Below, in pieces: positions 9,500 to 19,400 of a stretch of DNA of 64,000 nt. Within the stretch, counting starts at the first letter, position 1; every line of letters starts with the position of its first letter. The notes below the pieces were generated by a model. The model ran no database searches and was not told the origin of the DNA. It saw only the letters and a list, made by a program, of their open reading frames with translations. This DNA is from a virus, in the IMG/VR virus record IMGVR_UViG_3300027963_000043, positions 32,001 to 96,000 of that record. One strand, given 5' to 3'. The translations under genes were made by a program, and so were the position numbers.

Positions 9500-9528
9500 T
9501 AGATATTAGCATAATACTACAATATAAT
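9500..9528 (+). promoter_or_regulatory. sigma70-like promoter
   Basis: TAGATA-17-TATAAT, 7 nt before TTG 9536. Confidence 0.5.
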
Positions 9529-9535
9529 AAATAAA

Positions 9536-10402
9536 TTGAAAACAGTAATTTTCTTCCTTCAAGGTGGTATAGGCAAGCATATAGCAGCTACAGCTGTAGC
9601 TGAAAATATAAGTAAAAATTATCCAGATAGAAAATTAATAGTAATTTGCCCATATCCAGAAGTATTTTTAAATAATCCATTTGTATACAGGGTTTATAGA
9701 TCAACAGCAGTTCAATACTTTTATGAAGATTTTATTAAAAATAAAGATACTATATTTTTAGGAAATGAAGTTTATCAAGCTAATGAATATATTGTTGAGA
9801 ATAAACATTTAATTGAGGCTTGGTGCAATATGTTTAATCTAAAATATACCAATGAAAATCCTAGATTATTTTTAAATGATGCAGAAGTAATTGATGCTGC
9901 TAGAAAATATAATAGAAATAGACCCATTTTAGTTATGCAAACAAATGGTGGAGCAGAAGGATCTGGATATAGTTGGTCAAGAGATCTTCCTCCATTTTTA
10001 GTTCAAGATATAATTAATAGTTTAAAAGATAATTATCATATTTATCATATATCTAGACCAGATCAGCAAAACTATGAAAATGTTGAAAAAATTAATGGAA
10101 ATTGGCGTGAAGTTTTTGCTCTTTTAATGTTAAGTCAAAAAAGACTATTTATGGATTCATTTGCTCAACATGCTTGCGCAGCTTTAATGCTTCCTTCTGT
10201 TGTATGTTGGATAGCAACATGTCCAGATAAATTAGGATATAATATACATAAAAATATAAAAGCAAAAGATAGCGCTAATATGTTTGTTCACAATATAGAT
10301 GGAATTGTACTAGAAAAAGAATTTATTGGATTAGCTCACCAATGTAATTACAAGCTAGATAAAGCCTTTGATAAAGAAGAAATCGTGTCATATTTACTTT
10401 AA
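9536..10402 (+). CDS. Glycosyltransferase, GT9-like (heptosyltransferase-like GT-B)
   Basis: QGGIGKHIAATAV...YPEVFLNNP N-terminus and FMDSFAQHACAALMLPSVVCW C-terminal motif. Confidence 0.7.
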   Translation: MKTVIFFLQGGIGKHIAATAVAENISKNYPDRKLIVICPYPEVFLNNPFVYRVYRSTAVQYFYEDFIKNKDTIFLGNEVYQANEYIVENKHLIEAWCNMFNLKYTNENPRLFLNDAEVIDAARKYNRNRPILVMQTNGGAEGSGYSWSRDLPPFLVQDIINSLKDNYHIYHISRPDQQNYENVEKINGNWREVFALLMLSQKRLFMDSFAQHACAALMLPSVVCWIATCPDKLGYNIHKNIKAKDSANMFVHNIDGIVLEKEFIGLAHQCNYKLDKAFDKEEIVSYLL

Positions 10403-10419
10403 AATTTAAATAATTTAAA

Positions 10420-10425
10420 GTGTAA
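10420..10425 (+). promoter_or_regulatory. GTGTAA putative late-promoter motif
   Basis: Intergenic, 8 nt before ATG 10434. Confidence 0.6.
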
Positions 10426-10433
10426 TTTAAGGT

Positions 10434-10940
10434 ATGATAATAAATACCGTAACCTCTATTGCCCAAGAGATTTATGAGGAAATGGGCGAACCAGATGATT
10501 TTAGTATAGCAGCTATAGCTGCATGGGTAAGGAGAAATATTGGTGGTTTAAATAATTCATTAAATGCTTCTTTTTCTATAGATAGTCAGACTTTAGAGAT
10601 TACCCCAAATCTCACAGATGCTGAAAAATATATATTCAAAAAAATGTATTCTATTTATTTTTTTGATATTAAAATTAAAAGCACAGGTAGTTTAGCTATT
10701 AATGATTATGTTTCTATTAAAGATGATATTGGTAGCGTACAAAAATTAAATAAAAACGAAGTACTTAAAAGTTTTTATAATATTAGGCAACAAGAATACA
10801 AAGAACTTAAAGATTCAATATATAAATATAGTCTCAACGCAAGTTCTCCTTTGCAAGTCGCAGGAGATGATACATTTCCAGGCTCATATAGATCAGAAAG
10901 AGATGCGCTATATTATATTAGATCAATATATAACGCTTAA
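10434..10940 (+). CDS. Putative head-tail adaptor
   Basis: Helical 168-aa protein, first of four connector-sized genes before the tail tube; positional inference. Confidence 0.45.
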   Translation: MIINTVTSIAQEIYEEMGEPDDFSIAAIAAWVRRNIGGLNNSLNASFSIDSQTLEITPNLTDAEKYIFKKMYSIYFFDIKIKSTGSLAINDYVSIKDDIGSVQKLNKNEVLKSFYNIRQQEYKELKDSIYKYSLNASSPLQVAGDDTFPGSYRSERDALYYIRSIYNA

Positions 10941-10945
10941 TAATC

Positions 10946-11386
10946 ATGAGCTTTATAAGTTCAACAGCAGCGGCAAGTTTTTCTAAAGATTATGATGATT
11001 TCTTTACATATTTTTGTAGACCATTTACTGTACATAAAGAACCAATTAAAATAGTAGAGCAAATGCAAAGTGCGCCATTATATGGTTATGGTTCAAGTTC
11101 AGATCCAGTAAATTATACATATATACCAGTAAATGCTGTATTTAATGGCAGAATATATTATAATAATTCGAGAGATACAGATGCAGTTAATAGTGATTTA
11201 AAATTAGTATTTGCTCGTGGAGATGTTACTTTAAAAGTTAAACAAGATGCAAGAGATTATATTGCAAATGGTAAAACTATCAAACTTGAATTTGATGGAA
11301 AAACTTGGAATGTTATTACAGAAGATGTTGTTAAAAAATATCTTAATAATACATATTATGTATATGGATTGGAGCAAACGAAATAA
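10946..11386 (+). CDS. Putative head-closure (stopper) protein
   Basis: 146 aa, beta-rich (KLEFDGKTWNV...YYVYGLEQ); synteny. Confidence 0.5.
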   Translation: MSFISSTAAASFSKDYDDFFTYFCRPFTVHKEPIKIVEQMQSAPLYGYGSSSDPVNYTYIPVNAVFNGRIYYNNSRDTDAVNSDLKLVFARGDVTLKVKQDARDYIANGKTIKLEFDGKTWNVITEDVVKKYLNNTYYVYGLEQTK

Positions 11387-11387
11387 T

Positions 11388-11978
11388 ATGGCTAGCAAGA
11401 TTGATTTTAAGCAATTAAAACAAGAAGTAGCAACTTCTTATGAAGAAACTTTAAAAAAAGAAGCAGTTCTATTTGCTCAAGAAATTTTGAAAGAAAATTT
11501 AGATCAATATATAAATGATATAAAAGATCATCCAGTATCCAAAGAATTAGATAGTGGGCCAGATGGAGAAAATATAAGTTCTACTTTAGATGGAAAAGAA
11601 AATCTTTTTGCATTTATTGGATTTGATAGCGAAGATAAACCAATTGATGATCTTACTAATTTAATAAAAGATAATACATTTTTAGATAAAAAATCAACTT
11701 TTGATAGAAAAACTTTTGAATTAAAATTTAATGTATTTACTCCTTCTTTAGATGAAATCAAGAGCTCTACACCATTACCTTTCGAAAGAGGAAGAAGTTG
11801 GGTTAAGGGAGTAGAAGATGGTATTTCTGGATTTGGTTATTATGTTTACGGGTTAGTTTTCCCAACTAGTAGATCTGGCAGAGGAATTCAATCTAAAAAT
11901 AAAGTTAGAGTTGCTGCTTATAGACCAGTAAAATATATGACAGAGCTTTATGGTAAATTTATAAAAAACTTAAAATAA
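11388..11978 (+). CDS. Putative neck/tail-completion protein
   Basis: Start moved to ATG 11388 (MASKIDF), 1 nt after the previous stop; basic C-terminus; synteny. Confidence 0.45.
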   Translation: MASKIDFKQLKQEVATSYEETLKKEAVLFAQEILKENLDQYINDIKDHPVSKELDSGPDGENISSTLDGKENLFAFIGFDSEDKPIDDLTNLIKDNTFLDKKSTFDRKTFELKFNVFTPSLDEIKSSTPLPFERGRSWVKGVEDGISGFGYYVYGLVFPTSRSGRGIQSKNKVRVAAYRPVKYMTELYGKFIKNLK

Positions 11979-11979
11979 A

Positions 11980-12849
11980 ATGACGCCACAATTCGATAAT
12001 ATTTTAATGACAAGTATGTTACTTTGGTTAGATAATAAAATCTTAACTAAAGGACAAGCTTATACTAATTTTAAAAGCATGTTCTATCCTCTTCCAAATA
12101 TGTATTATGGATACTATACATATGGAGCGCCATTTAAACAAATGGTTATTGATTGTTCTATTTCTGGTGCAAATATTATAAGTGGAGTTTATATTAATGG
12201 AATATTTACGGTTCCTGGAGAAAATAATCTGACAGGAATAGATTCATCAAATGGTCAATTATATTTTACATCTCCAGTTTCAAATGCTACAACAGCATTA
12301 AGTGGAAATTATGCTGTTAAAGATTTTAATATATATTTAACCAGCAAAACAGAAGAAAATTTATTATTTGAAACATCTTACCAGATTAATCCTAAGACTT
12401 ATCAAAATCCAACTGGATTGCCACTTGGAGCAGAAACATATCCTGTTATATATTTAAAATATCAAGGTGGTAAAAATAAGCCATTGGCTTTTGGGGGTTA
12501 TGATCAAACTATTGGTAATGTAAGGGCTATTATATTAGCAGACAGCGTATATAATTTAGATGCTGTAACTAGTATTTGTAGAGATACCGCTAGACAATTA
12601 ATACCATTAATATATCCCGAGGAAATGCCATTTAATTCTTTAAATTCAGTTAAATCTACTGATCATTGTTTTGATTATATAGAATATACAAAAGATAAAT
12701 CTAATACTGATGATTATTTATATATTAATGAAGTTAATGTTACTAAAACTGACACAAGACTACTTACAGCTACTAATAGCTTAAATAGAAATGTGTATTC
12801 TGCTTTTGTTGATTTTGAAGTAGTAAAAAATAGATATCCAAGACAATAA
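11980..12849 (+). CDS. Putative tail terminator protein
   Basis: YPVIYL...FGG...YINEVNV...FVDFEV pattern, directly upstream of the tail tube gene. Confidence 0.5.
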   Translation: MTPQFDNILMTSMLLWLDNKILTKGQAYTNFKSMFYPLPNMYYGYYTYGAPFKQMVIDCSISGANIISGVYINGIFTVPGENNLTGIDSSNGQLYFTSPVSNATTALSGNYAVKDFNIYLTSKTEENLLFETSYQINPKTYQNPTGLPLGAETYPVIYLKYQGGKNKPLAFGGYDQTIGNVRAIILADSVYNLDAVTSICRDTARQLIPLIYPEEMPFNSLNSVKSTDHCFDYIEYTKDKSNTDDYLYINEVNVTKTDTRLLTATNSLNRNVYSAFVDFEVVKNRYPRQ

Positions 12850-12874
12850 AAAAGTAGAAAAAATAAAAAAATCG

Positions 12875-12880
12875 GTGTAA
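12875..12880 (+). promoter_or_regulatory. GTGTAA putative late-promoter motif
   Basis: Intergenic, 25 nt before ATG 12906, with GGAG in between. Confidence 0.6.
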
Positions 12881-12905
12881 TAACAATAAATGGAGAATAA
12901 CTAAT

Positions 12906-14057
12906 ATGCCAAGAAATCGTATAATTTATCAATCAGAAGCAGTTTATGCTGGACCCTCACCAGCAACTGGATTTCATTTTGGAACATTCACGCCTGGAAT
13001 CGGTGGAAATTCAAATGATATCTATAATGCAAGTAACCTAGTAAACCAGCTACAAAGAGTTCAAACTGCTAATTACAGTTTTAATGTTGCTCGCACAGAC
13101 GTTAATCAATTTGGACAATTAGCAGCTATTGATCGCGTAATTTTGACTAGTCCAACAGTTTCATTGGATTTTAGCTACATCTTAGCAGGTCTTACAAATG
13201 AAGCTGATTTAGGATTTACGGTAGTTTCTGGTAACACAGACTCTAATATTTCTGCTATTTCTGGATTTCTCAATGCTACTCAAGATGAAAGAAATTATTT
13301 TATCCGTACAGCATCAGAAGGTAATGATGCAGTAGGTTTTACAGATGTATCATCTGGAAATAACGGAGTTATTGGAATTGGTAATGCATTCATTTCATCT
13401 TATTCAACCGAAGGTTCAGTTGGTAATTTCCCAACAGCATCAATAAGTGTTGAAGGATTGAATATGAACTTCCAAAGAGGTTTAAGTGGAAATTTTGTTC
13501 CTGCAATTAATACTATTGATGGTTTACCTGTAAGGAATTTCTACACATTGCCACCAACAGTTCAAAATACTGCTATAGGTAGTGGAAATGCAATTAGTGC
13601 TCTTCGCCCAGGAGATATTACTTTAAATATTGACAGTATTACTGGTGTTGGTGGAGTAGATACAGCAACTATGAATATTCAAAGCTATAATCTCAGTTTT
13701 GATTTAGCTCGTACTCCAATTGAAAGACTAGGTAGTAAATTCGCATATATAAAACCAGTTGACTTCCCATTAACAGTAAATCTAAGTGTTGATGCTCAAG
13801 TAACTGATATGGCAACTGGTAGCCTAGCTAACTTACTTGTTGATGATAGCTATAGATTTAGTCCATCAGTAACAATTAAGAGTCCAAGCGACAGGACCTT
13901 GGTTATGGCTAAATTTGCACTCAGAGGCGCCAGATTAGTAAGTCAAGAATTTAGTTCTGATATCGGTAGCAATAAAACAGTTACCCTAACATTCGAAAGT
14001 CAAGTTGGTGGACCTCAAGACACGGCTAATGGATTGTTTATGAATGGACAGTTCTAA
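12906..14057 (+). CDS. Major tail (tube) protein with internal duplication
   Basis: 383 aa, followed by a strong terminator. The two halves align: VQTANYSFNVARTDVNQFG vs IQSYNLSFDLARTPIERLG. Confidence 0.75.
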   Translation: MPRNRIIYQSEAVYAGPSPATGFHFGTFTPGIGGNSNDIYNASNLVNQLQRVQTANYSFNVARTDVNQFGQLAAIDRVILTSPTVSLDFSYILAGLTNEADLGFTVVSGNTDSNISAISGFLNATQDERNYFIRTASEGNDAVGFTDVSSGNNGVIGIGNAFISSYSTEGSVGNFPTASISVEGLNMNFQRGLSGNFVPAINTIDGLPVRNFYTLPPTVQNTAIGSGNAISALRPGDITLNIDSITGVGGVDTATMNIQSYNLSFDLARTPIERLGSKFAYIKPVDFPLTVNLSVDAQVTDMATGSLANLLVDDSYRFSPSVTIKSPSDRTLVMAKFALRGARLVSQEFSSDIGSNKTVTLTFESQVGGPQDTANGLFMNGQF

Positions 14058-14081
14058 TAAATAATACATAAATTAAATTAT

Positions 14082-14117
14082 AAAATAACCCTCACGTTCT
14101 CGTGGGGGTTATTTTTT
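14082..14117 (+). terminator. Rho-independent terminator after the tail tube gene
   Basis: aaaataaccctcacg-ttct-cgtgggggttatttttt hairpin with T tract. Confidence 0.9.
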
Positions 14118-14123
14118 GTGTAA
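14118..14123 (+). promoter_or_regulatory. GTGTAA putative late-promoter motif
   Basis: Immediately after the terminator, 37 nt before ATG 14161. Confidence 0.6.
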
Positions 14124-14160
14124 TTGAAGTTGGTAAAGGGTTAGATAAAGGTAAAAGATT

Positions 14161-14385
14161 ATGGAAAACGATCCTATAAAAGATATGACTCTTTTTCAGA
14201 TAAAGAGGAAGATTACAAGTATATATAAGAATTTCTTTTTTATTCTTGAAGATTTAGGTGATTCTGGCTATAATATAAATGATGAAACTTATCAAAAAAT
14301 ACGTAAAAGAATCCTTGATAATGCTAATGATGCAGTAAGAGAGATCGAAGAAAATTTTAGTAAAATTAACATAACACTCAAATGA
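14161..14385 (+). CDS. Hypothetical protein
   Basis: 74-aa ORF filling the gap, ATGA-coupled to the next gene. Confidence 0.6.
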   Translation: MENDPIKDMTLFQIKRKITSIYKNFFFILEDLGDSGYNINDETYQKIRKRILDNANDAVREIEENFSKINITLK

Positions 14386-14657
14386 AAACCAAGAAATTAA
14401 ATTATAATTTTCCTATAGATAAAATAATCGAAGGAAATCTTTCTGTGCAAAGTATACAAAAAAGTTTAAAAGATAACTTTGGGATTTTAAAACCAAGTTT
14501 AATAACATTTAGAAATCCTAATTTTATTAAAAATTATCAAAATTGGGATGATAATAAAAAACATCAATTTATTAAAACTATTGGTGGAGTAGTTTACTAT
14601 GGTAAAATTAAAAACTATTTACAAGATTTAATTAACAATAATGGAGAAAAAATATGA
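14382..14657 (+). CDS. Hypothetical protein
   Basis: 91-aa ORF with ATGA overlaps at both ends. Confidence 0.6.
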   Translation: MKTKKLNYNFPIDKIIEGNLSVQSIQKSLKDNFGILKPSLITFRNPNFIKNYQNWDDNKKHQFIKTIGGVVYYGKIKNYLQDLINNNGEKI

Positions 14658-15409
14658 AAACAATGTTCGAATTTGATATTTATCAAGAAAAGGAAATAGA
14701 AAAAGTAGATGTTTCTACTAATGAAAAAGGTGAAGAAGTAAAAGTTACTTCTAAGGTTAAAACTACGGTTCCAGTTAAATTAGCTATAAAAAAGCCAACT
14801 AGGAGTTTATTTGATGAAGCCGAATTATTTTATGGAGTTAGGCTTTCAGAAGGGATTAAAGCTGGGCTATTAACTCGCGCTCTATTAGCTAAAAGATTTA
14901 ATAATGATGGTGGAGTATTAAGTGATGAAGAGCAAAAAGAATATAATGATTTATATCTAGAATTTTTTAACTTACAAACCGAATTTCAAAGATTATCCAT
15001 AAAAGAAGAAATATTAAGAACTGAAGAAGAAAAGAAGCAAATTCAAAATGTTATAGAAAAAATGAATTCTTCTAGAGAAAGACTTCAAAGATATGAAATG
15101 GCGCAAGCTAATCTTTTTGAACAAACAGCAGAAAATAGAGCTAGAAATAAAACCATTATGTGGTGGGTTCTTCAACTTAGTCTTATTCAAGATGATGATA
15201 AAAAATTCAAAGAACTCTTTCAAGAAGGAAATTACGAAGATAAGCTTAAAAGATATGATGAAATTGAGGAGTCAGAATCTGGCGTAGAGAAAATTGCTAT
15301 ACAAAAACTTCTTTATTTGATCAGCTTTTGGTATATTGGTAGAGCTGCTTCTCAAGAAGAATTTGAAAAACTTCTTAATAATTTACAAAGTAGCGAAACA
15401 AAAGAATAA
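14654..15409 (+). CDS. Putative tail assembly chaperone 1
   Basis: Acidic helical 251 aa between the tube and tape measure genes. Confidence 0.5.
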   Translation: MKTMFEFDIYQEKEIEKVDVSTNEKGEEVKVTSKVKTTVPVKLAIKKPTRSLFDEAELFYGVRLSEGIKAGLLTRALLAKRFNNDGGVLSDEEQKEYNDLYLEFFNLQTEFQRLSIKEEILRTEEEKKQIQNVIEKMNSSRERLQRYEMAQANLFEQTAENRARNKTIMWWVLQLSLIQDDDKKFKELFQEGNYEDKLKRYDEIEESESGVEKIAIQKLLYLISFWYIGRAASQEEFEKLLNNLQSSETKE

Positions 15410-15421
15410 AAGGGATAATGA

Positions 15422-16432
15422 TTGCAAACCTTAGACAAAAACAAATTAAGGCTTTTGTTTATTGATATATTAAAAGGATATTCTTTATCTTATTATAGGG
15501 ACAATAAATTATACTTTAAACACAACACGAGTTTTGATTCTGGCGATATAGATCATCTAAAGCAAGAGTTTTTAGAAAAAGCTAAAAAGAATGGTCTTCC
15601 GACAGAAGATCAAAAAGAAGAATATTTAATTGCAGAAAATCTTTGGTCTAAAGAAAATAACGAAAAAATTAAAAAATTAAAGTCTGATATCTCTAGTCTA
15701 AAACAAACTAAGTCTAAGCTATTTAAAAGTGATGATATCAATGAAATGAATAGACAGATTGATGAAAAGAAATTAGAATTAATTAATTTAACAATAGAAA
15801 AAAAAGATCTTCTAGGTTTCACTGTAGAAGATTATGCTAACAAAAAAATTAATGAATACTATATGTTTAATTCATTATTCAAAGATAAAGATTTAAAAGA
15901 TAGATATTTTTCTGAACAAGAATTTGATGAGCTAGAGAACAAAGAAATATCAGAAGTATTAGAAATTTATAATAATATAAATAAAAATTTTATAGAAAAC
16001 AATCTCAAAAAAATAGCTCTTTCATCATATTATCTAAGTTTATTTAATCTTTGTGATGAAAATGCTTATAATTTATATGGAAAACCAATTGTATATTTGA
16101 CATTTTATCAAATGGAAGTATTTGGATATGCTAGATACTTTAAAAATGCATTATCTGACGCCAAGCATAAACCAGCAAGCGAATACTATGAAGATCCAGA
16201 AAAGCTTATAGAGTGGCTAGAAAGCAGCAAAAATGTTGAAGAAGTATTAACTAAAAGTGAAAATAGTTTAAGCAAAACAGAGGGCGCAATTGCTACTTCT
16301 ATAGTGGGAGCTAAAAAAGAAGACTTAGCAAAAATTGGAAAAGATGAAAATAGTGTTAGTTTGCATAAAGAAGCACAGAAAAAAGGCGGAGTTTTAAGCA
16401 TGGAAGACTTAATGAAAATGCATGGAATTTAG
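15422..16432 (+). CDS. Putative tail assembly chaperone 2
   Basis: 336 aa, TTG start with AGGGA upstream; directly precedes the tape measure gene. Confidence 0.45.
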   Translation: MQTLDKNKLRLLFIDILKGYSLSYYRDNKLYFKHNTSFDSGDIDHLKQEFLEKAKKNGLPTEDQKEEYLIAENLWSKENNEKIKKLKSDISSLKQTKSKLFKSDDINEMNRQIDEKKLELINLTIEKKDLLGFTVEDYANKKINEYYMFNSLFKDKDLKDRYFSEQEFDELENKEISEVLEIYNNINKNFIENNLKKIALSSYYLSLFNLCDENAYNLYGKPIVYLTFYQMEVFGYARYFKNALSDAKHKPASEYYEDPEKLIEWLESSKNVEEVLTKSENSLSKTEGAIATSIVGAKKEDLAKIGKDENSVSLHKEAQKKGGVLSMEDLMKMHGI

Positions 16433-16463
16433 TAGGTAATACTATCATAATTAATAATATTTC

Positions 16464-16469
16464 GTGTAA
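16464..16469 (+). promoter_or_regulatory. GTGTAA putative late-promoter motif
   Basis: Intergenic, 24 nt before ATG 16494, with AAAGGA in between. Confidence 0.6.
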
Positions 16470-16493
16470 TTCCTTATAGTAAAGGAATAAGGC

Positions 16494-19400
16494 ATGGCTA
16501 GGACTTCAGCTACAATTTCAGTAGGTGCAGATACAAGGCAGCTCGAAAGAGATATTCAGAGCGCGCTATCTCGTGATTTTAAATTCAAAGGATTTAATGA
16601 AAAAGCCTTTACTCAACCTTTAGGACGAATCACTGGTGCTGCAAATGAATTTCAAAAATCATTAGATGCATCAAATGCTCGCGTTATTGCATTCGGTGCT
16701 AGTGCAGGTTTAATATATACTGTAGAAAAAGCATTTACTTCATTAGTTAAAAGTACTATAGATGTTCAAAAATCATTAACTGATATTAATGTTATATTAA
16801 ATGTTAGCACTAAAACATTAGATCAATTTGGAAATAGTTTGTTTGATATTGCTAAAAATACAGGTCAAACTTTTGATGTTGTTGCTCAAGCTGCCACAGA
16901 GCTTTCTCGTCAAGGTTTAGGATTAGAGGAGACTCTAAAAAGAACGCAAGATGCATTAATATTAACTCGTCTTAGTGGACTTGATACTGTAAGTGCAGTA
17001 GAAGCTTTAACTGCAACAATTAATAGTTTTAATAAAGCTGGATTAGATTCAACAGTTATTATTAATAAATTAGCAAACGTTGATGCTGCTTTTGCTGTTA
17101 GTAGTGGTGATCTTGCAGAAGCTATTAAACGAGTAGGATCATCTGCATCTGATGCAGGAGTTGATTTTGATCAATTGTTAGCAATTGTTACTAGTGTTCA
17201 ACAAACTACAGCTAGAGGTGGAGCAGTAATTGGTAATTCTTTAAAAACTATCTTTACAAGAATACAAAGAACAGATACTCTCGATCAATTAGAGCAAATA
17301 GGAATTAAAGTTAGAGATTTAGAAGGAAATACATTACCAGCAATTCAAGTATTATCTAATCTTTCTAATACATTTAATCAATTGGGTGATTCACAAAGAG
17401 CTCAAGTAGCAGAAACTGTTGGTGGCGTATTTCAAATTAATATTTTAAGGGCAGCATTAGCAGATCTAGGTAAAGAATATTCTGTTTATGATAGAGCTTT
17501 ACAAACAGCAAGCAATAGTACTGATCAAGCTATTCAAAGAAATGAAGCCTTAAATCAAACTCTTTCAGCTTTAATTAATCAAACATTTCAAAATTTAACT
17601 AAACTTTCAGCTAGTGTTGGCCAAATAAGTTTAGGACCAACATTTAAAGGTACTTTAGAATTATTAAATAAAGGATTAGAATCTCTATCTACTGATAGTG
17701 AGACTGTTGGTGGTAAAATTGGCAAAGGAATATTAGAAGGAATTGGAACATTTATTAGTGGTCCAGGAGTTATTTTATTAACAGCAGTATTTGGTAAATT
17801 GTTATTAAATTTAGGAAAATTTGCTAGTCAATCTTTACAGACACTTTTAAATATAAATAGCCAAGCAGAACAAAGAATTCAAATTCAAGCAAAAATAAAT
17901 GAAGTTCTTGCCCAAGAACCAGGATTAGTCGCTGCAATATATAGTAAACAAATTAGTGTTTTAGAGTTAGAAAATAGAATTCTAGATGTTATAAAACTTC
18001 AAACATTAGAAAGAGAAAGAGCGGCATCTTTATCAACTGCTATTGCTGGTAATTTAGCTACTCGTGGAGTAACATCTAAGGGTGGATCATTAAAAGCAAA
18101 AAGTGGCGGCTTCATTCCTAATTTTAGTGCTCAAGAAATTTATGGCGCACTAGCTGGAGGATATATGCCAGGAAATATTCAAAAAATGAATATTCCAGGA
18201 CAAGGAAATATAACTTATAATGGAGCAGAAACAGTTAAAAATTTTCCAGGAATGACGCAGCCAGCAATTATGCCACCTCAAGGTAGCAAAGCTGGAAAAA
18301 ATTATCAAAAAGAATTTTCTAAAACTCATGGATTTAATCCTTATGCTAATAATGGATTTATTCCTAATTTTGCATCATATAATATAAATGGTAAGGGTTA
18401 TAGAAATAAAAACGCTTTAGCTAGTGCTATTAATCGCGGAGAAGTAAGTGCAGCAGATGCTAAATTAGCTGGATATATAAGTTCTGAAGAAGAAAAAGCT
18501 TTAAAAGCAAAAGAAAAATCAAATAATCCATTTTATAAATCTAGTTCAACATTATTAACTCTAAGAAGAGAAGGAGTTACAGATGGATATACTTTTAAAC
18601 CTAAAGGTAAACCACCACTTCAAGTAAAATTCCCAGTTGCAGCTTTTAATCCTCAATCTACTGGATTTAAGTTAGATACTTTAAAAGAAAATTTAAGTTC
18701 AGTAATTGATAAATCAATTAAACAATTTGCTGAAGAGATTTATGCAACTAAAAAAATCAGTCCCCCAATTGATTTGCCTAGTACTGTAGAAGCTGCTAAA
18801 CAAAAATCAGAAGGATTGGCTGGAGCAGTAGAAGGTACAATTGGAGGTATATTTGAGGCAGCTTTTAGAGCTTCATTTGGAAAAAGTGTTAAAGCTACAA
18901 AAGGAGGGGGTTTTGATGTGGCTAGTATTCCAAAAGATTTACCATTATTTTTTAATGCCCCAGGATCAACACCTCCCGCAGTAGGAGTTAAAGGAGATTT
19001 CAAGAATTCTGATAGTGGCGGTAATAGAGAAAGTATGGCTATTAAAATATTAAAAGCAGAAAAACCAGATTTATTAAATTATATAACTAAAAAAAATGCT
19101 GCTTTAGGTTTTATTCCTAATTTTACAGCATTAGATAATGCAATTGGAAGAGAAGTAGCAGCTGGAACATCTACTTCTAGAATAAGAATTGGAAAAGACT
19201 CAAGATTAACATCTTCAGCAAATCCACTTGGTTTAGGAGTTTATAATACAAAAGATGAACCTAGAGGTCTTGGCCAAGGCATTCAAAGATATGGATCAAA
19301 AGCTAAAATGGCTGGAGCAGCAGCTGGATTTATTCCTAATTTTGCAGGATTATCATATAATCCTGGAGGCTTAGGCGCACTCGATCCAGCGGTTGCAAAT

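Noticed and set aside
9468-9534. GTGTGA variant followed by a 16-aa ORF (9484-9534, MTNKIVDISIILQYNK) ending 1 nt before the GT9 start
   Set aside because: The ORF coincides with the -35/-10 promoter sequence and the motif is imperfect; more likely chance than a leader peptide, though not excluded.
15350-15430. Programmed G/GT-type frameshift between the two tail chaperone genes
   Set aside because: An in-frame TGA (15419-15421) immediately precedes the second ORF, which has its own SD and TTG start, so no fused product is possible.
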